Shown here one piece after another: positions 17,767-24,594 of a stretch of 24,594 nt of DNA. The DNA comes from Flavobacteriales bacterium (lineage in GTDB: Bacteria > Bacteroidota > Bacteroidia > Flavobacteriales > Flavobacteriaceae): the NCBI GenBank assembly GCA_011525065.1, contig WTIY01000260.1:1-24594 (forward strand). Reading direction: 5' to 3'. Position numbers and translations under genes: made by a program. Position 1 is the stretch's first letter, and each line of letters starts with the position of its first letter. The notes below the pieces were generated by a model. It saw only the letters and a program-made list of their open reading frames with translations, had not been told where the DNA came from and searched no databases.

Positions 17767-20064
17767 ATGAGTAAGCAAAGCAAACGAAGAGAGGCGCTCT
17801 TGTATCACGCCAAACCCCGACCTGGTAAGATTCAGGTAATTCCCACTAAAAAATATGCCAGTCAGAGGGATTTGTCTTTGGCTTATTCTCCTGGGGTTGC
17901 TGAGCCTTGTTTAGAGATAGAAAAATCCGTTGAGAACGTTTACAAATACACCAATAAAGGGAATCTGGTGGCAGTCATTAGCAATGGCACCGCGGTATTG
18001 GGTTTGGGCAATATTGGACCCGAGGCTTCCAAGCCGGTGATGGAGGGCAAAGGGCTTTTATTTAAGATATTTGCGGACATTGACGTTTATGACATAGAAC
18101 TGGACGCCACTGATGTGGATGCCTTTGTTCAAACAGTCAAACATTTAGCCCCAACTTTTGGTGGCATTAATTTAGAAGACATAAAAGCGCCCGAGGCTTT
18201 CGAGATTGAGCGGCGACTCAAAGAGGAGTTAGATATTCCGGTGATGCACGACGATCAACACGGCACGGCGATCATCTCTGCTGCGGCCTTGTTGAATGCT
18301 TTAGAACTGGCAGAAAAAAAGATAGATCAGGTCAAGATAGTTATCTCAGGTGCGGGTGCAGCTGCCGTATCGTGTACCAGATTATACAAAGCTTTTGGGG
18401 CCAAGCCGGAACATATCGTCATGTGTGACAGCAAAGGAGTAATTCGCAGTGATCGCGCTGATTTGAGCTTGGAAAAGCAAGAATTTGCCACTGACCGTAA
18501 GATTGATACTTTGGCTGAGGCCCTTCAGGACGCTGATGTTTTTGTAGGCCTTTCCATTGCCGATGTCGTTACTCAAAAAATGCTTAAAACAATGGCTGCT
18601 TCACCCATTGTATTTGCCATGGCCAACCCGGATCCGGAGATAAAATACGATTTGGCCATGCGCGCACGAAAGGACATTATTATGGCCACGGGTCGAAGCG
18701 ATCATCCCAATCAGGTCAACAATGTCCTTGGATTCCCGTTTATTTTTCGGGGAGCCTTGGACGTCCGCGCCACTAAAATTAATGAGGCCATGAAAATGGC
18801 CGCGGTCAAAGCTTTGGCGGAATTGGCCAAAGAACCTGTACCCGAACAGGTCAATGTGGCTTATGGAGAGACTAAATTACAGTTTGGCCGTGATTATATT
18901 ATTCCAAAGCCTTTTGATCCACGACTCATTGCCGCTGTGCCTCCTGCCGTGGCAAAAGCCGCTATGGAAAGTGGGGTGGCGACGGCTCCGATAAACGATT
19001 GGGCACGCTATGAGGAGGAACTCTTGGAGCGCATGGGTAACGACAACAAGTTACTTAAATTGCTCTTTGATCGGGTTAGGGCCAACCCTAAGCGTGTGGT
19101 ATTTGCTGAGGCGGACCACCTGGATGTCATTAAAGCGGCTCAAATTGTTCATGAAGAGGGCATTGCGATCCCGATTTTACTCGGACGCAGGGAGGTCATT
19201 TTGGAACTTAAGCAAGAAATTGATTTTGACGAAGACGTCCTTATAATCGACCCTAAATGCGATGGTGAGGAGGCCCGAAGAAATGCTTACGCTGAGGAAT
19301 TTTGGGCTCAGCGCGAGCGCAAAGGAATCACCCAATACGACGCGCGTCGTTTGATGCGCGAGCGCAATTATTTTGGTGCCATGATGCTAAACTTAGGAGA
19401 GGCCGACGCGATGGTTTCGGGCTATGCTCGATCCTATCCCAGTGCCTTACGTCCCATACTAGAGACGGTGGGTAAGTTTGAGGGAGTCAACAAAGTGGCG
19501 GCGACCAATTTAATGTTGACCCCAAAGGGGCCGATTTTTATTTCAGACACTTCGGTCAACATTGATCCTTCGGCACAAGAATTGGCGAACATTGCTCAGA
19601 TGACCAATCACACCATCAAGATGCTTGGGTTGAATCCTGTGATTGCCATGATTTCCTATTCGAATTTTGGGTCTTCAGACGATGCTCATGCCCTTAAAGT
19701 GAGACAGGCGGTGGACATGTTACACGAATCTAATCCAGATATGATTATAGACGGCGAAATCCAAGTCGATTTTGCCTTGAACAGTGAAATGCTGAAGAAC
19801 AAATTTCCTTTTTCAAAGTTGTCTGGAAAAAAAGTTAACGCTTTGGTTTTTCCTAATCTGGATGCGGCAAACAGCAATTACAAAATGCTCAAAGAACAAA
19901 AGGGGGTCGATTCGATCGGTCCAATCATGTTGGGAATGCGTCGGCCTGTTCATATTTTTCAACTTGGAGCAAGTGTGGAAGAGATGGTTAACATGACTGC
20001 AATTGCCGTTTTAGACGCCCAACAAAAAGAGAAACGCGCACGATCAAAGCGCCGCAAAAAGTAA
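17767..20064 (+). CDS. maeB: NADP-dependent malic enzyme with C-terminal phosphotransacetylase-like domain
   Basis: 765 aa. [41 protein letters not shown] and [10 protein letters not shown], followed by a PTA-like domain (RVVFAE..., [16 protein letters not shown]). Confidence 0.97.
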   Translation: MSKQSKRREALLYHAKPRPGKIQVIPTKKYASQRDLSLAYSPGVAEPCLEIEKSVENVYKYTNKGNLVAVISNGTAVLGLGNIGPEASKPVMEGKGLLFKIFADIDVYDIELDATDVDAFVQTVKHLAPTFGGINLEDIKAPEAFEIERRLKEELDIPVMHDDQHGTAIISAAALLNALELAEKKIDQVKIVISGAGAAAVSCTRLYKAFGAKPEHIVMCDSKGVIRSDRADLSLEKQEFATDRKIDTLAEALQDADVFVGLSIADVVTQKMLKTMAASPIVFAMANPDPEIKYDLAMRARKDIIMATGRSDHPNQVNNVLGFPFIFRGALDVRATKINEAMKMAAVKALAELAKEPVPEQVNVAYGETKLQFGRDYIIPKPFDPRLIAAVPPAVAKAAMESGVATAPINDWARYEEELLERMGNDNKLLKLLFDRVRANPKRVVFAEADHLDVIKAAQIVHEEGIAIPILLGRREVILELKQEIDFDEDVLIIDPKCDGEEARRNAYAEEFWAQRERKGITQYDARRLMRERNYFGAMMLNLGEADAMVSGYARSYPSALRPILETVGKFEGVNKVAATNLMLTPKGPIFISDTSVNIDPSAQELANIAQMTNHTIKMLGLNPVIAMISYSNFGSSDDAHALKVRQAVDMLHESNPDMIIDGEIQVDFALNSEMLKNKFPFSKLSGKKVNALVFPNLDAANSNYKMLKEQKGVDSIGPIMLGMRRPVHIFQLGASVEEMVNMTAIAVLDAQQKEKRARSKRRKK

Positions 20065-20084
20065 GGCTTTAAGGGGCTTACTTT
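20058..20084 (+). terminator. Possible terminator-like hairpin overlapping the maeB stop
   Basis: AAAGTAAG and CTTACTTT are exact reverse complements around GCTTTAAGGGG, which can add G-C/G-U pairs. The U tract is short. Confidence 0.4.
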
Positions 20085-20121
20085 GAGGGCCTTCAGGCTT
20101 ATCATTGCCAATAATTTATGC

Positions 20122-20129
20122 TATATTTG
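20122..20129 (+). promoter_or_regulatory. Bacteroidota -7 promoter box (TATATTTG) for ruvA-sprA
   Basis: Exact TAnnTTTG 22 nt upstream of the ruvA ATG; TTA lies near the expected -33 position. Confidence 0.7.
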
Positions 20130-20151
20130 AGCCTTTAACCTGACGTGAATC

Positions 20152-20733
20152 ATGATTGCTCAAGTACAGGGGAGATTAGTTGAGAAAAATCTGACCGATG
20201 TGGTAATTGATTGCCAAGGAGTGGGCTATTTTTTAAACATTTCGCTCCACACTTATTCTCAAATCCCTGATCAAGAAAACATTCGATTATATACCCAGCT
20301 TCTGGTTCGAGAGGATGCCATGACCTTGTACGGTTTTGCCTCAAAAGAAGAGCGTTCAGTATTTAATCTTTTACTTTCTGTATCTGGTGTTGGCGCGAGT
20401 ACCGCCAGGACCATGTTATCTTCCTTGACTCCCCGCCAGGTGAGAGATGCCATTGTTTCAGAGGACATCGCGACCATCCAAGGGGTAAAGGGTATTGGGG
20501 CCAAAACAGCCCAGCGGGTAATTTTAGATTTGAAGGATAAAATTATCAAGTTATACGGTGAAGAAACTTCTGGTGTGATTTCAAGCAATACCAACCGAAA
20601 TGAAGCGTTATCTGCATTAGAAACTTTGGGGTATGCGCGCAAAATTGCCGAAAAGGCTTGTGATGCGGTTTTGAAACATTCCCCATCGGCATCGGTGGAA
20701 GAAATTATAAAATTGGCATTTAAACATTTGTAG
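20152..20733 (+). CDS. ruvA: Holliday junction branch migration protein RuvA
   Basis: 193 aa. MIAQVQG, GVGY, LVREDAMTLYGF, HhH motifs VSGVGA and VKGIGAKTAQR, and domain III EALSALETLGY. Confidence 0.98.
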   Translation: MIAQVQGRLVEKNLTDVVIDCQGVGYFLNISLHTYSQIPDQENIRLYTQLLVREDAMTLYGFASKEERSVFNLLLSVSGVGASTARTMLSSLTPRQVRDAIVSEDIATIQGVKGIGAKTAQRVILDLKDKIIKLYGEETSGVISSNTNRNEALSALETLGYARKIAEKACDAVLKHSPSASVEEIIKLAFKHL

Positions 20734-20736
20734 CAT

Positions 20737-23700
20737 TTGGGGGGATCACTACTAAAAAGATTTAAGGATTGTTGGCCTGGGGTTTTACTCTGTGCGCTAT
20801 TCTTTATGGGTCCGAGTTTGAGTGCCCAAGAGGACACCATTGTCACAGGCTCTGTGATGGGACGCATGGATTTGCCCGATCCTATGAGCATTGAGAAAAT
20901 GTACAGCTATGATCCGATCACGGATCGTTACATACTCAGTAGAATGCTGGGTGATTTTGACATTTCATATCCAGTCATTTTAACCCCAGAGGAGTATGAG
21001 GAGCGGGTGCGTAGCGAGCAAATCAAATCGTATTTTCAAGAAAAAATAGATGCCGCTGATGGCCGAAAAGAGGGTGCAGAAGAAGCCCAGCGAAATTTGC
21101 TTCCCACTTTTTACGTGAATTCTAATTTTTTCGAGTCGGTGTTTGGAGGGAATACCATAGAAATCATTCCACAGGGATCCGTGGAAATGGATCTAGGGCT
21201 GCTCTATACCAAGCAAGATAATCCACAGTTTTCGCCCCGTAACCGCAGCAATTTGTCCTTTGATTTTGACCAGCGCATCAGTTTAAGCCTTTTGGGCAAA
21301 ATCGGTGAGCGCTTGCAAATTACCGCTAATTACGATACCCAATCTACCTTTGATTTCCAAAATTCCATTAAACTCGAATACACCCCAACAGAGGATGACA
21401 TCATACGTAAAATCGAGGTTGGTAACGTCAGCATGCCGTTAAACAGCAGTTTGATTCAAGGGGCCCAAAGTTTATTTGGAGTCAAGACACAATTGCAATT
21501 TGGTCGCACAACCATTACGGGAATCTTTTCGGAACAGCGATCCGAGACCAGATCGGTTGTGGCCGAAGGAGGGGCTACGGTTACAGAGTTTGAACTTTTT
21601 GCTCTGGACTATGATGAGAACAGACACTTCTTTTTATCGCACTACTTTAGAGATAACTACGACCGGGTGTTGAAAAATTATCCGTTCATTAATTCGGCCG
21701 TTCAAATTACCCGCGCCGAAGTTTGGATCACCAACAGAAACAACACCACAAATGATGTGCGAAACATCATCGCTCTTCAGGATATCGGAGAATCAAAAAG
21801 TGAAAACATTGGATTGAATAATGTACCCGGAGGCTTTATTAACGCCCCGAGTAATGCTTTTCCCGATAACGACAATAACGATTTCAATCCTTTTGGTATT
21901 GACAATCCAGGCATTCAAAGCATTTTGTCACCTGCCATCAGGGATGTAGCTACGGCATCTGGCGGATTTGGCGGGGTGAATGTCAATGATGGTATTGACT
22001 ATGTGAGTCTCGAGAACGCGAGAAAATTGCAACCCAATGAATACAATTTGAATCGTCAATTGGGATACATCTCTTTGAATCAAAGACTGAATAACGATGA
22101 GGTATTGGCTGTGGCCTATCAATTTACGGTCAATGGTAAGGTTTATCAGGTGGGTGAATTTTCCACCGATGGAGTTCAGGCCACTGGTCAAATTCCGGGA
22201 CAAAATCAAGGAGGAGATCCTGGCGGTGACCCAGGTTCAGGTGACCCAGGTTCTGGAGATCCTGGGAACGTCCAAGCGATCCCTCAAAATCTTGTCGTGA
22301 AGTTGCTGAAAAGTAACATCACGAATGTTCAAGAGCCTGTTTGGGATTTGATGATGAAAAATATTTATCCCATTGGGGCTTATCAGTTGGAACAAGAGGA
22401 TTTCAGGATGAACATTTTGTATTTAGATCCCAGTCCGTTGAACTACATCTCCCCGGTTGCCGGAACAGCATTTCCTGAACCAGACCTGTCCGATGTCAAC
22501 GCGGTAGATCTGAATGATGCAACTCTGCTTCGGGTGTTCAATTTAGATCGTTTGAATTATAACAATGACCCTCAGCAGGGGGGTGATGGGTTCTTTGACT
22601 TCTATCCCGGACTGACGGTGGACCAGCAGAATGGAGCGATCATTTTTACCAGTGTTGAGCCCTTTGGAGATTACCTCTTTGACAAGCTCGCCACTGAGGC
22701 CTCTGAGTACTATGATTTGCCGGAGACTTACAACGCCAACCAGTCCAAATACGTGTTCCGATCCATGTATCGCACCACGAAAATTCAAGCCGAACAGCAA
22801 GAAAGCCAGAAAAACAAATTCCAGCTCAAGGGAACCTATAAATCCACAGGAAGTGATGGTATCCCTATTGGGGCCTTTAACATTCCTCAAGGTTCTGTGA
22901 CCGTTACCGCAGGGGGACGAACCTTAGTCGAGGGTGTGGATTACACCGTCAATTATCAACTGGGGCGCGTTCAAATTCTCGATCCTTCTTTGCAAAACTC
23001 CAATACTCCGGTCAACATCAGTGTTGAGAACAATTCTATGTTCGGACAGCAAACCAAGCGCTTTTCGGGAATCGACATCCAGCATAAATTTAGTGATGAC
23101 TTTCAAATTGGGGGGACCCTTCTGAATCTAAATGAGCGTCCATTAACTCAGAAGGCAGCCTTTCAAAACGAACCCATAAACAACACCATGTTTGGGGTAA
23201 ACATGAACTACTCCACAGAAGTGCCGTTTTTGACGCGCATGGTCAATAAGTTGCCAAACATCGATACTGACGTGCCCTCTCAGGTTTCGGTGCGAGGAGA
23301 ATTCGCTTACCTTTTACCTGGTGCCCCTAAGGTCTCTGACTTTGGCGGCAAGGCCACTGCTTATATCGATGATTTTGAAGCGGCTCAAACCGCCATTGAT
23401 ATTTCCGCGCCCTTGACGTGGTTCTTATCCAGTACGCCTCTTGGACTTGGTGGTGACTTGGACAACAACAATCTGGCGGCCAATTACAATAGAGCAAAAC
23501 TGAATTGGTACACCATTGACCCCATCTTTTACAGCGCCCAAAGACCTTCTGGAATTGGCGAACAAGACCTTTCTTCACCCTTTACCAGACGTTTATTTAG
23601 AAACGAGATTTTTCCAGATCAAGACATCGTGCAAGGACAGACGCAGGCTCTGTTTTCTTTGGATTTGAACTACAAGCCAACCGAGCGGGGGCCTTATAAT

Positions 23701-24594
23701 TTTAATCCTGCCGCTACGGATAATGTGCTGACCAATCCAGAAACCCGTTTTGCAGGAATTTCGCGTCAACTCTCTACCACGGATTTTGAGCGGTCTAACG
23801 TGGAGTACATCCAATTTTGGCTGATGGACCCTTTTATTTACGAGGAGTATGCCGGAAACCAAGGTGGTGAATTGGTCTTTAATTTGGGGAACATTTCTGA
23901 GGATGTTTTGAAGGATGGACGCAAGCAATACGAAAATGGCCTACCGGAGGACGGATCGGACTTTAATACCATTCAGACGAACTGGGGTCGTGTTCCGAGC
24001 AATCAATCTTTAGTGTATACCTTCAGCAGTACTGGACCCGATCGAGAAAATCAAGACGTCGGTTTGGATGGGTTAAGCGATGCGGACGAAGCAGCATTTT
24101 TTCCAAATTTTGCTGGTCAAACGGATCCTGCACGAGACAACTACACGTACTTTCTTCAAACCGAGGGCTCGCTTTTAGAGCGCTATGACTATTACAACGG
24201 AACGCAAGGGAACAGCCCCGAGACCCTGAGCAATACCAATCGCGGTTCGACCGCCCAGCCCGATGTAGAAGACATCAACCGGGACAACACCATGAATACA
24301 GTGGACAGCTACTTTGAGTATGCCATCGATATTCGACCCGGAATGAGTTTGGAATCACCATACGTGACGGACATCAAAGAAATTACCGTCCCGACTCCGG
24401 CCAATCAGGATCTTCCAGTGCGTTGGATTCAGTTCCGCATCCCGCTAAGTGAGTATACCGATGCGGTTAATGGTATATCTGATTTCCGATCAATACGCTT
24501 TATGCGTATGTACTTGACGGGTTTTGAGCAAGAAACCGTTTTGCGCTTTGGGACGATGGAACTTTATCGCGGTTATTATCGTCGCTATACAGAA
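20737..24594 (+). CDS. sprA: Type IX secretion system outer-membrane translocon / gliding motility protein SprA (3'-truncated by the window edge)
   Basis: I translated frame 1 by hand and it is open for 1286 codons to the window end. TTG start with a signal peptide (MGGSLLKRFKDCWPGVLLCALFFMGPSLSA|QE). SprA motifs FDFDQRISLSLLGKIG, ANYDTQSTFDFQN, EDDIIRKIEVGNVSMP, DYDENRHFFL, WDLMMKNIY, YIDDFE, KDGRKQYENGLP and DFRSIRFMRMYLTGF. The ruvA-sprA order is typical of Flavobacteria. Confidence 0.96.
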   Translation, partial: MGGSLLKRFKDCWPGVLLCALFFMGPSLSAQEDTIVTGSVMGRMDLPDPMSIEKMYSYDPITDRYILSRMLGDFDISYPVILTPEEYEERVRSEQIKSYFQEKIDAADGRKEGAEEAQRNLLPTFYVNSNFFESVFGGNTIEIIPQGSVEMDLGLLYTKQDNPQFSPRNRSNLSFDFDQRISLSLLGKIGERLQITANYDTQSTFDFQNSIKLEYTPTEDDIIRKIEVGNVSMPLNSSLIQGAQSLFGVKTQLQFGRTTITGIFSEQRSETRSVVAEGGATVTEFELFALDYDENRHFFLSHYFRDNYDRVLKNYPFINSAVQITRAEVWITNRNNTTNDVRNIIALQDIGESKSENIGLNNVPGGFINAPSNAFPDNDNNDFNPFGIDNPGIQSILSPAIRDVATASGGFGGVNVNDGIDYVSLENARKLQPNEYNLNRQLGYISLNQRLNNDEVLAVAYQFTVNGKVYQVGEFSTDGVQATGQIPGQNQGGDPGGDPGSGDPGSGDPGNVQAIPQNLVVKLLKSNITNVQEPVWDLMMKNIYPIGAYQLEQEDFRMNILYLDPSPLNYISPVAGTAFPEPDLSDVNAVDLNDATLLRVFNLDRLNYNNDPQQGGDGFFDFYPGLTVDQQNGAIIFTSVEPFGDYLFDKLATEASEYYDLPETYNANQSKYVFRSMYRTTKIQAEQQESQKNKFQLKGTYKSTGSDGIPIGAFNIPQGSVTVTAGGRTLVEGVDYTVNYQLGRVQILDPSLQNSNTPVNISVENNSMFGQQTKRFSGIDIQHKFSDDFQIGGTLLNLNERPLTQKAAFQNEPINNTMFGVNMNYSTEVPFLTRMVNKLPNIDTDVPSQVSVRGEFAYLLPGAPKVSDFGGKATAYIDDFEAAQTAIDISAPLTWFLSSTPLGLGGDLDNNNLAANYNRAKLNWYTIDPIFYSAQRPSGIGEQDLSSPFTRRLFRNEIFPDQDIVQGQTQALFSLDLNYKPTERGPYNFNPAATDNVLTNPETRFAGISRQLSTTDFERSNVEYIQFWLMDPFIYEEYAGNQGGELVFNLGNISEDVLKDGRKQYENGLPEDGSDFNTIQTNWGRVPSNQSLVYTFSSTGPDRENQDVGLDGLSDADEAAFFPNFAGQTDPARDNYTYFLQTEGSLLERYDYYNGTQGNSPETLSNTNRGSTAQPDVEDINRDNTMNTVDSYFEYAIDIRPGMSLESPYVTDIKEITVPTPANQDLPVRWIQFRIPLSEYTDAVNGISDFRSIRFMRMYLTGFEQETVLRFGTMELYRGYYRRYTE
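22213..22266 (+). repeat. Low-complexity in-frame repeat, 4 x GDPG, in sprA
   Basis: Encodes GDPG-GDPG-S-GDPG-S-GDPG and includes a near-exact 15-nt tandem pair ggtgacccaggttca / ggtgacccaggttct (22225-22254). Confidence 0.85.

Noticed and set aside
20026-20064. Basic C-terminal tail of MaeB ([12 protein letters not shown])
   Set aside because: Short charged tails are common and variable on this family, and nothing further supports a function.
15738-20733. ruvB and ruvA separated by queG and maeB, with no ruvC
   Set aside because: Split ruv genes are ordinary in Bacteroidota, and there is no sign of insertion or mobile DNA.
20271-20891. 206-aa reverse-strand ORF across ruvA and the sprA 5' end
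   Set aside because: It is an antisense shadow of two well-supported genes, with no recognisable domain or promoter.
73-23928. The many 60-130 aa alternative-frame and antisense ORFs in the track
   Set aside because: All lie inside long genes with clear family motifs, and none shows motifs or independent expression signals.

Overview
A conserved core-genome segment of a Flavobacteriaceae (Bacteroidota) chromosome, almost all on the + strand. In order it holds the 3' part of nusA, infB, a reverse-strand SPOR-domain gene, and an 8-gene respiratory operon (alternative complex III actABCDEF plus aa3-type cytochrome c oxidase subunits II and I) closed by an intrinsic terminator. Then come ruvB, queG, maeB, ruvA and the 5' ~1286 codons of the type IX secretion translocon gene sprA, which is missing from the ORF track because it runs off the window. 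Five exact Bacteroidota TAnnTTTG (-7) promoter boxes sit in the intergenic gaps. I see no mobile element, CRISPR array, RNA gene or unexplained ORF, and no convincing undescribed system. The points worth a second look are small: a repeat-expanded His-rich loop in ActF, Lys in place of Glu in the CuA motif, an extra Cys pair in ActB, a possibly leaderless ruvB, in-frame ruvA-TAG-sprA, a GDPG repeat in SprA and two operator-like motifs. All gene calls come from motifs and family knowledge, not database searches.
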